Source: Octopus sinensis
Taxonomy: Eukaryota
Assembly (NCBI RefSeq): GCF_006345805.1
Contig: NC_043001.1
Location: forward strand, 135,160,001 to 135,224,000
DNA: 64,000 nucleotides
Direction: 5' to 3'
Part shown: one piece after another, positions 50,285 to 63,633 of the stretch
Layout: every line of letters starts with the position of its first letter
How positions within the stretch are numbered: position 1 is the stretch's first letter
Notes under the pieces: model-generated
The model's database searches: none
The model's input: only the letters and a program-made list of their open reading frames with translations
What the model was told of the DNA's origin: nothing
Translations under genes and position numbers: made by a program

Positions 50285-51030
50285 CAGGGTGCGTAAAATA
50301 TTTGAAGACAGATTTATGTTTATAAAAAATCAGATATATAATAACAGATAATAACATTATTTATCAAAAAATGCTATGAGGATAAAAAGAAGCCCTCTTT
50401 TCAAAAATGTGATTCAATAAAGCCATCTTCAGCTTCAACAGCTGCTTCTGTATGAGATCTAAATCATCTCCATGCTCGAATCAAGTGGTCTTGGTTCATT
50501 TTGTACATTACTCTGAATATGGCAGCTTTCAAAGAATCGTTGGTGTTATGGGCATCTTCATTGACCTCTCTCTCAACAATTCTCCACATGTAATAGTCCA
50601 ATGAATTGAGATCTGGGGAATTAGGTGACCAAATGTTAGGGGTTATGTGATCGTGAAAATTTTCAGCCATCCATTCCTGTGTTACTAGAGCCATGTGTGA
50701 TAGTGCAGAGTCTTACTGAAACATATGGCTTTCCATTGCATACACTGTCTATACAGGGTTTAACAATTATTTCCGGGACCTCAATGTAGGCAGAAGAGTT
50801 AACTCTAAGGCTTTGTGGAAAGAAGGAGGCATCACATGTCCTTCATTGCTGACAACCCCAAAAAGCATGACAGTTGCAGGAAATTTTGTATGCATAACAC
50901 TTGGAACTTCAGAAGAGACTGCACATTTCTTCTTTTAAGTTTTTGATCTTGGTCGAAGTTTTTCTTGTTTGAGCAAACCAAATCAAATCTTCAGCCAGAT
51001 TTTTCAGTTTGTTTAAGAGCCTTTTAGATC
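50285..51030 (-). mobile_element. maT (DD37D) Tc1/mariner-superfamily transposase relic with one TIR
   Basis: NFDQDQK...MHTKFPATVMLFGVVSNEGHVMPP...FQ*DSA...WSPNSPDLNSLDYYMW; 37 residues between the second and third Asp; TA-CAGGGTG terminus at 50283-50291. Confidence 0.85.
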
Positions 51031-51339
51031 TGATATAATGATGTAATGTCTCAACATTGTGTGATGTTTTAAATGAGCATCACCATAATACAAACAAGAT
51101 TGCCCAATATTCTGTGAAAAATATGTCTGGCCAAGGAGAAATATTATCTTGCTTGGAACCAAGTGAGTGTTGGTGACAGGAAGGGTATCCAGCTATAGAT
51201 AAATTGGCCTCAACAAATTCTATCTAACCCATGCAAGGAAAGAAAAGTGGATGTTAAATGATGATGAAGATGGTGAATTGGTAACACTGCAATATGAAGG
51301 TTCTTCTACTTCTAAATTATTATTATTATTATTATTATT

Positions 51340-51892
51340 GAGTGAGAGAGCAGTGCATGCCATCAAAGTGACACTGGGGTAAAATATACGAAGCCCAATA
51401 TACCCATCATGACTACCCATCTGATAAGGGTACACCAGGCACATGCATCACAACCATATGTGCGCGACATGGTGATCTCATATCAAGATAAACAGCAGAT
51501 GACCGTGCAAGTGGGGCCCAGTTAGAATTTTCTTCAGGTTGAGTAGCCCACCCCACTCAAAAGGTCCCTGAATAAGGGTTGTTTAAGGATGTTGAAAGAA
51601 CCACCCATGTTTCCAGAGGTGAATTATTCAAACCCCAAAGAATCCCTCTCAACACATGGCTATGATGCTCCCCCACTACTTCTGCTCGTGATCAGAGATG
51701 CACGTATCGTCAGCCACTAAGGGACATGCTCAACTGGTTAAGGTCAAACAACTGACAAGCAAATCTGTGGTATTGAGCAGAATATTTGTTGTAGCCCATC
51801 TTTTATACTAAGACAAAGCAATGTACATGATAACACTTCCAATCAGTTAAGATCAGAAACCATGAGAGCCACTGCCTGGTACTGCATCAGGG

Positions 51893-51893
<1 letters not shown>
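51340..51893 (-). mobile_element. Non-autonomous (TAA)n-tailed element, longer copy (~550 bp)
   Basis: (ATT)n on both sides; shares its 3' end with 45418-45800; no ORF and no tRNA head seen. Confidence 0.8.
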
Positions 51894-51940
<47 letters not shown>

Positions 51941-51951
51941 CATTATTATTA

Positions 51952-52289
51952 TACCATCGTACTTTTCAGAGAGCTCTTGCTTTTACTTACTCCAGTTAAT
52001 TCTGTGAGAGTGGACAGTAATCTGTTGTCAAAGGTCTCACAGGATCTCTTTCCATGATATTTAACACCCAAGTACAAACCTCAAAATCTTAGCTGTCCTC
52101 AATGGCGCAGATTTTTGAACATGTTCTATCCTCATGTCAATTCCAGTTTCTTTAACATATTTCTCCTCTAACTTAGTCTTTAGTGCTCCCAGTACTTCTG
52201 CAACTTCTGGGATGGCAGTTTCTCTCTTCATTGCTCACTTTCTTGTAATTTCATCTTTTAGTAACTTGCATTTTTCTATCTTTTGCAAA
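51952..52289 (-). mobile_element. Decayed R4/Dong-type LINE 3' end adjoining (TAA)n
   Basis: QKIEKCKLLKDEITRK...IPEVAEVLGAL...HVQKSAPLRTAKILRFVLGC*; tail runs into (ATT)n 51894-51951. Confidence 0.7.
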
Positions 52290-52790
52290 ATGTTATTGAG
52301 GATAGTAACACCACCTTCCTTTGGTCGGGAAGGGCAGGCTGTTTCTCTTTGCCTAGTGATTTTTGTGAAAGAGGTTGCGTGGTAGACCAGATTGAAAGTG
52401 TTACAGAGAGGTATTTTCCACTTTGGCCAAGCCCTCATCAACTTTTTCTAGTTTCACTTGAAAAGAAAAGTGAGGGTGAAGAGGGAAGTTCGAAAGGTGG
52501 GTGAATGTCGCAAGAATGGCCCGAGTGAAAGGGCCTACTCTAAGCATGTGCCTGTAGACAAAATGGAAAAGGCACTTACCCTGGTGGTCTTGCCCTGTTG
52601 TGGAATTGTGGGGTTTTCACGGGCAGTCCTAGGAGGTTTCCCTCTTTTGGGGAATTTTGTTGTTATATTTGATTATTGTTTTTGTTTTTCATTGTTTACA
52701 CGACTTTCATGTAACTCCCACATTGAATTTGTCCTCTGTTGTCCATAACCCTTTTTTTATGTAAACCCTTTGTGGTTAATAAAGAAATAA
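52290..52790 (+). mobile_element. Tx1-clade LINE 3' fragment (ORF2 C-terminus plus 3' UTR)
   Basis: RIVTPPSFGREGQAVSLCLVIFVKEVAW...GQALINFF*FHLKRKVRV...RWVNVARMAR...LSMCL* aligns to 61600-61884; ends GTGGTTAATAAAGAAA. Confidence 0.85.
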
Positions 52791-52827
52791 TCATTATTAT
52801 CATTATTGTTATTACTATCATTTATGG

Positions 52828-52890
52828 GTTTTTCTTCTTCTTTCAAATTTGCTTCCATTTCTTGCCGAGTGTCTTCCCAACTCCTAGGGC
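52828..52890 (-). mobile_element. ~60-bp Dong-family 3' terminus within (ATT)n
   Basis: TTCTTCTTTCAAATTTGCTTCCATTTCTTGCCGAGTGTCTTCCC(A/G)ACTCCTAGGGC, nearly identical to 45954-46010. Confidence 0.8.
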
Positions 52891-53253
52891 TATTATTATT
52901 ATTGCAAAAGGTGGAAAGCTAGCAGAATTGTTAGTGGCATTTCATCCATCTTTACGCTCTGAGTTCAAATTCTGCCAAGGTTGACATTGCCTTTCATCCT
53001 TTTGGGGTTGATAAAATAAGAACTAGTTGAGTACTGGCGTTGACGTAATCATCTATACCCCTCCCCCAAATTTCAGGCCTTGTGCCTAGAGTAGAAGGAT
53101 TATTATTATTATTATTATTATTGTTATTTAAAGCAGCAAGCTGGCAGAATCATTCAAACACTAAGCAAAATGCGTAGCAGTACTTCTTCCATCTCTACAT
53201 TCTGAGTTCAAATTCCATCCAGGTCAACTTCTGGAGTTGATAAAGCAAATACC

Positions 53254-53484
53254 TATTTCTTTATTACCCACAAGGGGCTAAACACGGAGGGGACAAACAA
53301 GGACAGACATAGGTATTAAGTCGATTACATCGACCCCAGTGCGTAACTGGTACTTAATTTATCGACCCCAAAAGGATGAAAGGCAAAGTTGACCTCGGCG
53401 GAATTTGAACTCAGAACGTAACGGCAGACAAAATACCGCAAAGCATTTCGCCCGGCGTGCTAACGTTTCTGCCAGCTCGCCGCC
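53254..53484 (-). mobile_element. SINE family D nested in another D-variant copy
   Basis: 14-bp TSD ATAAAGCAAATACC at 53240-53253 and 53488-53501. Confidence 0.9.
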
Positions 53485-54380
53485 TTAATAAAGCAAATAC
53501 CAGTTGATTACTGGAGTTGTTGTAATCAATTTACCTCCTCCTCTGAACTTGCTGGCCTTGTGCCAAAATTTGAAACCGTTATCCTCCTCCTCCTCTTCCT
53601 GCCTCCTCATATGCCCTGAGTCTGACTATACTTGGTGCTCCCGTTTCTAATGTATTCCAGTCTTCTCTCTCCCTGTTCTTAATTAGTTCAGAACTATTAA
53701 ATGAGGAACTTCTTGAAAACCAATTTGATACGAGCAGAGAACTTATTGCAGATGTTTGGAAGAATATTCAAGATATGTAGCATGCATATATATATATATT
53801 ATATATATATTATATATATATCTGCATATACTTACATGTGTATATGCACATATACATATATAAATACATGCATGTATACATATGTACACACATGTATATA
53901 TGCAAATATATATATGTATATATACATATATATATATATAACGGGAAGCTTTATGAAAATAGACAAAAGACGAAGGCAGGTGGAAAACAAACAAACAATT
54001 GTATTAGTATGGCGCTCAGGAAATATAAATAAAACAAGTCTTTAACGTTTCGAGCCTACGCTCTTCAACAGAAAGATACACAGAGAGAGAAAAACACAGA
54101 AAGAAGGAGAGAAAAAAAATGCGTGCAGTAGCTAACGAATCAACATGGCGATCTGATTTCGGCCAGAGGTCAAAGATCAAACATGAGACGCGAGAGTGAA
54201 ATTAGGGGAGATAATAGGGTTGAGTGACCTGCTCCAACATAAGGGTGTGTGTGTGTGTGTGTGTATGAGAGAGTATTAGTGCATATGAGAGGTCTGGACG
54301 TGTGTATGTATAGGGTTGGTGTATGTATTAGTATGTATTAGTATGTATAAGGGTGTGTGTGTGTGTGTATGAGAGAGTAT

Positions 54381-54421
<41 letters not shown>

Positions 54422-54906
54422 CACACACATGTATACATAGACTATACATATATACACATTTGTCCCTAAACATGTACATAGACATATACTTATGCAAATA
54501 CAACTTTACATGCATATATACATTTATACATATATGCACGTGTACACATATACATACATATACATATTTACAGATGTACACATATTAATGTACATGCACA
54601 TACACATACATGCATTCATATAAACATACATGCATACAAATATATGTACACATATATATATATATATCGACATATATACAGTAGTGTCTCAGTTTTTGAA
54701 CAACTCTGATCACAAATAAATTGTGCTTTATTGGGCCTGGTGCACCCTTCTGGCTTCCCAGACCCCAGTTGAACCGTCCAACCCATGCCAGCATGGAAAG
54801 CGGACGTTAAATGATGATGATGATGATGATCCTGTCTTTCTCATATTCATTTAATACAGTAGTACCTCGGTTTACAAACGCCTCTGATCATGAATAAATT
54901 GTGCTT

Positions 54907-56041
<1,135 letters not shown>

Positions 56042-56261
56042 GACTGACGGATGTGATGTCGTTTCGGCTCCGAAGGTAATCATTTATTTTGACTATTTAA
56101 AAGTGTATATTGACAAACATTTTTTGCCTAAAAGTTGTACAACAACATCCACTGTAAACCTTTGATAAATATCGACACAAAATTTTGCCCCTTGTGGGCA
56201 AAATTTAAAAGAAAAAATTCTCATAGCCTTCGTGGTTTCATTTAGCCATTTTATTTCCAAA

Positions 56262-58410
56262 ATGGCCACTGGCCACCACGAGGCTGAGTTGCAAGTGAAG
56301 CGTGACGCAGAAACAGAAAAACAGGATGCCCTGTTAGCATACGCCGAACCTGACAACTCCACCACCACCAACAGCAACAAATACAAAACAAGGTCGCAAG
56401 GCCAAGCACCGTCAACACCATCAGTGAGTCCACCACCACCACCAACACCATGGCAGAATCTGCTACTAAAACTGCTATCCCTACCAAAGATATCGCCACC
56501 AATAACATCACCATCACCGTCACCAAAGACCGTGCTGTCAATGCTACTAATACTACCAACACCACCGCCGTCACCAAGAACGACAATAACAACAACAACA
56601 ACGACGACGACAACAACAATTCCCTTCAACCACTGCTCACTCCATCACCAACAAGTGAAAAAATAACGACGACAAGCAAACGAAATGTCGAATTTTGCCC
56701 TAGTGCAGGACTAAAGTACGCAGGCAATTTTCCACCCCACCCCTTCCTACTTGCACGATCGAACCTAACACACCAATTTTACAAACTGCAGCCAACAACA
56801 ACATCACCACAAGCAACAACAATAACAAACACAACAAATTTCGCTGAGGCGATTAAAGAAAAAAAACAACAATATACTTTACGGCTCAACAATTACAGGA
56901 CACGAACATCAAAATAACAGAATCAGAAGGTATCGTAAAAATTAACATACCAGAAGATATTTTGGAAATGAAAAAAGACGAACAATCATTTATAAATAGT
57001 TAACAAAAAAACAAAAATCCCAGAGAAGGCCAACACAGGCAAAATAGAGAAGTGCTTGAAACCCATCTGGGATCACAAAGAATATGTAACCTGGTGGAAC
57101 AAATTTGCCCACATACAAGTCGTTTTTCTACACCGAAGAGTTAGCTAGACATTTCTCAACGCTAACTCTTCACTCAGATGAACTCCAACTTACACCAAGC
57201 TATCGGGGACAGAAAGTGACTAAGATCACTCTAAACAATGTCCCCAAAATAGCCAATAGTCTATGGCTTGTAAAGGCTTTATGCGTAAAAATGGCGAATT
57301 ATACTATTTTGGAAACCACAGTCACAGAGCATAAAAACTGGGTGGGAAAAAAAATAGAATTTCTTCTACATATACATCATGAAGATATAAAAAAAATACC
57401 CACCCAGATATGTGTATCAGACGACCACAAGTTATATGTGGTCGTCGATGGCAGAAGACCACGTTGCTACATATGCGGCAGTGAGCAACATCTCAAAAAA
57501 GACTGCAAATCTGCCGCAAGAAAACAACAGCAACAACAACAGCAGCCGGAACACAAAACAAATAAACAAGGTTTACTACCCACACACACACTTTTTGCAG
57601 GAACAAACCTCACCAAACAACAACCACACCAACTGCAGCACCAAGAACAGAAGCAGCATCACCAACAACAACAACCAAGAATATACCAACTCCCAAACCA
57701 AGGACATCTGCCAAAAAGACACCCAGCATAAATGAAGAAACAATTACAACTCCAAAATCCCCACAAAATTGAGACCCTAAACACACAACAATACCCACAA
57801 TCACTCAAACACAAAATACCCCCAAACCCCACATCCAAAACCGCATACACCACACAACCAACCTCACCAACCAACACCAACAAAACCAACACAGTCGACA
57901 ATAGACCCCAATACTTTCCCTCTTCCAGACTCCGATTCGTCTGATCTGTCATTAGACGAAGAAGACACAAGATTGCAAATAGCCACAGGGGGGAGAAGAA
58001 AAAGGGGAAAAAAAGAAAAGAAAAAATAAACAAAGCGGGAAGATACACATACACCACTCCCGAAACAAAACATCCACAGAAAACACACACACAACACAAA
58101 CACACCATCATCAAACCCCCCAAAAATGTTGACAGCCATAAACACAAACAACCACGACCTAATGGAACACATTAGGTCAAACACTAACATTACTGAAAAC
58201 GACATAAAAACAAGTAACCCCCACACAACAACACACCACCACAACACATTAAAATAATACACGTGACACAGAACACATACAGACACCCCTGAAATCTCTT
58301 TACCCTGATGCAGTAGGGAGATTTCAAAAGTACTCATCAAAAAAACTGTACAAAAGCCTCATAGAAGAAGACCGTGAGGTGAAAGACAAAGAACTTTCGA
58401 AAGACAAGTA
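56262..58410 (+). pseudogene. Tx1 ORF1 (gag-like nucleic-acid-binding protein), frameshifted
   Basis: ATG at 56262; T/N-rich N-terminus; CX2CX4HX4C knuckle CYICGSEQHLKKDC at 57465-57506; low-complexity C-terminus; end position approximate. Confidence 0.75.
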
Positions 58411-58454
58411 ACCTTTTCTCTCTCCTTTTTCCTTTTTTGCACTTTTATCGGAAC

Positions 58455-61400
58455 ATGCTCAGAATAGGTAGTATAAATGTACGTGGCTTGGGGTCGCCTG
58501 GAAACAAGGAACAAGGCTACCTGTTAAATGACATCAAGTCACTAAATCTGAATATCATAGCCATCAGTGAGACCAGACTCCACAGCTTGCGGGCACTCCA
58601 GCACATTTTTCGGTACACATTTCAACATTTATTTTTCTCCGTGTCTACCGAGAATGGGCGGAGGTGGCACCGCGCGTGCTTATCCGGAAGAGTCTGGATC
58701 TCAAAGTAAGAGCAAATTTCCTAGACCCGGAGGGTAGGCTGGTCGTTTTGGATGTCGATGGCAGCAATGAGTGTGCTTTTCGACTGATAGCAGTTTATGC
58801 TCCGTCCTTAACAGGCCGACCAGATTTCTTTCGACGTCTAGAGTCTTTCATGGGAAGTCTCGTCCTTTACTTTTAGTGGGGGATTGGAATGCCACCCTGG
58901 ACACGCATCTAGACTACGTGGGCAGAGATAGCAATAGAAGGGGATGCAAATGCCTCAAAGACCTGCTCAGACGTTTCCAACTGTCTGACAGGTACCGACT
59001 GGACCACCCGAATGTGCCAATGTGGACATGGAGTAACCGCATCGGGTCGTCCAGATCATACTTAGATAGAGTATTCTGTAGGACAATAGATAAAATAGTG
59101 GTAGGTTGTCCACAATTTCATATAGTCAGTTACACAGATCACAAGTTTGTGACTTGTACACTTGACTTAGATAAGACACATAGGCAGGGTCCTGGTTACT
59201 GGAAACTGAACGCGTCTTTTACAGCACGACAGGTTTACAGGGACCGGATCAGCACATTAGTTAAGAGAGCTTTGACGGGTACCATCATCAACAACAGATG
59301 GTGGTATGCCCTAAAAAAAGCGATTAAAGCAGAATCAGTCAGATACAGTAGAGCCCTAGCATTAGACCGAAATAGAGTAGAGGGAGATTAGTTAAGGTTT
59401 TAGAAGAGGCACTTAGAACTGGCATCTCGCGTCCAACGTACTGGCGGCGAGATTGGCCCTCGACCAACACCTCAACGCCAAACACGAGGGATGCGTTGTC
59501 AGAGCTAGGATGCGTGCTCTGAGGAACGAAGGAGTTGGAGCCGCCCAAGAGGCCCGAGTGGTGGAGACGCACGAGGCAACAGAGCCACCATCAAGTCTCT
59601 TATAGATGAACAGGGGCGCGAATTGCTCGAGCCTAAAAGGATGTGTGGGGTTTTTCAACAACACTTCACCCAACTGTTTTGGGACAAGTGGTGAGTCAGA
59701 AAGCAGAGTGGACTTTAGTGCCTACCTGCATGCCTGCCACGACTCTCAGCAAGGGAGGTGGAGTCTTGTGAAAAGCCTATCACAGCTGCGGACGTACAGG
59801 ATGCGATGGTAGGCTGCGCGAGAGACAAGTCACCAGGCTTGGATGGTCTGCCCTACGAATTTTATTTTCATATGCCAGACTTGTTTGGAGGCGTCTTGGC
59901 AGCTGTCTACTGCAACTGGCAGCAGAACGGGAGTATTCCTGCTTTTGTAAAGCGAGGAGCAGTGGCACTGATCAAGAAAGACCCAAACAAGGGGGACGTC
60001 ATAGATAATTTCAGGCCCATCACTCTGCTCAACGCAGATTTGAAAATTTTGGCCAAGGTGTTAGCCGAGAGGTTGGCGCTTGTCATCAAGAAACTAATCG
60101 ACAAGGCGCAAACATGCGCCGTGCCGGGTAGAAGTATTCATGACAACCTCCATCTGATCGCTACATCATAGACAGGGTAGTTAAAAATCCTGGCATGGGT
60201 GGGGCGCTGATCAATTTGGATCAATCAAAAGCCTTCGATAGGGTAGACCATCACTACTTGGAGGCTGTCCTCAAAGCGGCTGGTTTCGGTCCAGTTTTCC
60301 GCGGTTGGATCGCTGCCTTATACAGCGGCATCCGCTCAGTAGTTCGCGTAAATGGTCATCTATCCAGACCTTTTAACATCATGCGTTCGGTTCGTCAGGG
60401 ATGCCCCCTCTCATCGCTGCTGTATGTACTGACTCTTGAGCCACTACTGCGGAAACTGGCGACGCTGAGGGGCATCCCACGAGAGCTGGGATGCGGGAGG
60501 AGCGTGTCTGCATACGCGGATGACGTCACCGTCATAGTGTCGAGCTACAAGCACATCGAGCTGGTCGGCGAGACACTGAAAGAATACGAAGCGGTAACGG
60601 GAGCAAAAATTAACCGGGAAAAGTCAGTGGGCTTGCGGCTCGGCACCTGGAGAAGCAAGCCCATGCCGTCCAACAGCGTCTCCATCGTGGGACGCTGGAC
60701 GGACGGACCGGTTAAATTGCTCGGGGTCTGGTTCGGTCCGGACCTCCAAATGGAGAAGAACTGGGGCGAGAATACTAGGGTGGCTACTCTCACCCAGAAA
60801 GGGACTGAGAGAAAGCTATCCCTAAAAGGTCGGGCGGAGGTGGCGAACGCGTACATCGCATCCGTCATCGAGTATCGTCTGACCGTCGTGCCTTGTCCCG
60901 ACCCTACCATCACCAAACTGGAACGCATACTCTTCCGCTTTCTTGTGGAAGGGAAACGTTCCGATGGTTAGGCGATCCATTTGCTGCCAACACACCCGCT
61001 AAATGGAGGGCTGGGCATGCCGTGGTTGATGATGCGCAGACATGCGCTGAGACTGCGACATCTCCGGCGCTTCATAGACAACGGTGAACAGGGGTGGTCG
61101 CCTTTTGTGCGGCGCGCTTTCCCGCAGCTCAGTCATGGATCAAGCAGAGACCGAGGCTAGGCGAATGGCACCGCGAGTGTCGCGTTGCTCTCAAGCAACT
61201 CTGCCGTCCGGGATCGAACTTGTGCGACTCCATCACACTAATCCTCTACAGAGGATTATTATTGTTAGTGGAGGGGAGGTGCGACGACGAACTCGGGCAG
61301 AGTCTGGGCGTCGACGAGGAACACCTGACCCGCCTGTTCAGGACAACTTTCGGGCCGGGACCTATGAACAATCACCAAAGATCCCTGGCCTGGCAGTGCT

Positions 61401-61884
61401 ATCGAGAAGCATTACCTGTTCGGGATAAGCTCTACAGACACGGTTCCAGACACACTGGACCGACTTGCCCGAGATGCGGTCAGAGCGACGAAACCGTTCT
61501 GCACGCACTCGTGCAATGTCCAACCATTTCCGACCTGTGGGCTTATGCCGAACGCTGCTGTCACGTGTGGGACGAATCCGCCTATCGGCCGAGTCTATCG
61601 TGAGAATTGCTCCGCCCCCTTCCCTCAACCGGGAAGCAAGGCAGTTTTCATCGTACTGGTGGCCATGGTGAAAGAATGTGTGTGGTGGACTCGAGCGAAA
61701 GGATTAGAGACAAACACTTACCTCTCTGGCCAATCGCTCATCAACTTTTTCAAGTACCAACTTGAAAAGGAAGGTGAGAATGGAGAGGGAAGTTTTGTCT
61801 CGCGAAAGATTCAAAAAAAGATGGGTGAATGTTGCAAAGATGGTGCGTGCTAGTAACGAAACCATTTTGAGCATGATCCTGTAG
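58455..61884 (+). pseudogene. Tx1 ORF2 (APE endonuclease, reverse transcriptase, C-terminal zinc motif), frameshifted
   Basis: SINVRGL, ISETR, VYAP, LVGDWN, SYLDR, YTDHK (APE); KSPGLDGLPYEFY, FRPITLLNAD, LDQSKAFDRV, QGCPLS, YADD at 60513-60524 (RT); CPRCGQSDETVLHALVQC; TAG at 61882-61884. Confidence 0.93.
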
Positions 61885-62178
61885 ATCGTAAAAAAGAAAG
61901 AAAGAGAGCATTTTTTGACCTCATGTGTTTATTTCCTCCCTGACTGGGGTTCCCGTGGTCTTTTCTGTAGGCTTTTCTTCCCACGGATGAACCCAATCTT
62001 GTTATATCAATGTTTACACCATTATTTCTGTGATACACGATTTTCCTTTTTTTTCCTCCTCCCGATCCCTTTTGATCGCAATCTTACATTTTTTATTTTT
62101 TTCCACCCTCGAAAAGAAAAGCTCTGCATTTGTATTTGTCCCCTCTGTATTCAGCCCTGTGTGGCTAATAAAAGAAAG

Positions 62179-62525
<347 letters not shown>

Positions 62526-62918
62526 TGAACCCAGAAATCGAAAACAGAGAGTTGCTTATTTGCAAAAAAAAAAAAAAAAAAGAAATATAAAATGTGACTT
62601 CATTGACCGAGGTTACCGTGGTCTTTTCCGTAGGCTTTTCTTTCCACGGGTAAACCTCACCTGTCCTCCCCTTTACACTTCATATTGACATTTCTGTGAT
62701 AACGATCCCTATTGATCAATTTTTTTTCCTCTCCCCCTTTTTTTTTTTTTTTTTTAACCCCCCCCCTTTTTTTTGTCCTCTTTCTCTCCTTTTACGATCC
62801 CTTTTGATCGAAACTCCCCCTTCCTTTTTTTTTTTTTTTTTTTTAACCTTCAAAAGAAAAGCTCTACCTTGTAATTTGTTCTATCTGTGTGCAGCCTGTG
62901 TGGCTAATAAAGAAACAT
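62526..62918 (+). mobile_element. Second, diverged 5'-truncated copy of the Tx1 3' UTR
   Basis: CCGTGGTCTTTTC.GTAGGCTTTTCTT, GATCCCTTTTGATCG, AAAAGAAAAGCTCT and CAGCC.TGTGTGGCTAATAAA are shared with 61880-62180. Confidence 0.9.
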
Positions 62919-62949
62919 ATCTATCTATCTATCTATATCTATCTATCTA

Positions 62950-63000
<51 letters not shown>

Positions 63001-63017
63001 ATCTATCTATCTATCTA

Positions 63018-63064
<47 letters not shown>

Positions 63065-63083
63065 ATCTATCTATCTATCTATC

Positions 63084-63132
<49 letters not shown>
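62919..63132. repeat. (ATCT)n grading into (AT)n
   Basis: Read directly. Confidence 0.95.
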
Positions 63133-63204
63133 GTTGTTTGAAAACTGAGGTACTACTGTATATATATCTATATACATATAAAGATATGTATATATATATA
63201 TATA

Positions 63205-63598
63205 TCATCATCATCATCATCATCATCATTTAGCGTCCATTCTCCATGGTAGCATGGGTTGGACGGTTCTACTGGGGTCTGTGAAGCTGGAAGGCTTCAT
63301 CAGGCCCAGTCAGATCTGGCAGTGTTTCTACGGCTGGATACCCTTCCTAACACCAACCACTCCGTGAGTGTAGTGGGTGCTTTTTACGTGTCACCCGCAC
63401 AGGTGCCAGACAGAGCTGGCAAACGGCCACGAACGGATGGTGCTTTTACGTGTCACCGGCACGGGGCCAGGCGAGGCTGGCAAACGGCCACGAAACGGAT
63501 GGTGCTTTTACGTGTCACCGGCACGGGGCCAGGCGAGGCTGGCAAACGGCCACGAAACGGATGGTGCTTTTACGTGTCACCGGCACGGGGGCTAGGCG
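63205..63598 (-). mobile_element. SINE family B with ~62-bp internal tandem repeats
   Basis: B core plus four GGTGCTTTTACGTGTCACC anchors at 63376-63598. Confidence 0.85.

Positions 63599-63633
<35 letters not shown>

Noticed and set aside
51860-51893. HDV-like ribozyme at the 5' end of the TAA-flanked element
   Set aside because: Only a small hairpin is visible; no P1/P2 pseudoknot partners were found by eye.
52290-52441. Extension of the Dong fragment through ORF 52235-52441
   Set aside because: From ~52290 the plus strand aligns clearly to the Tx1 ORF2 C-terminus, so the minus-strand ORF is a chimera of two elements.
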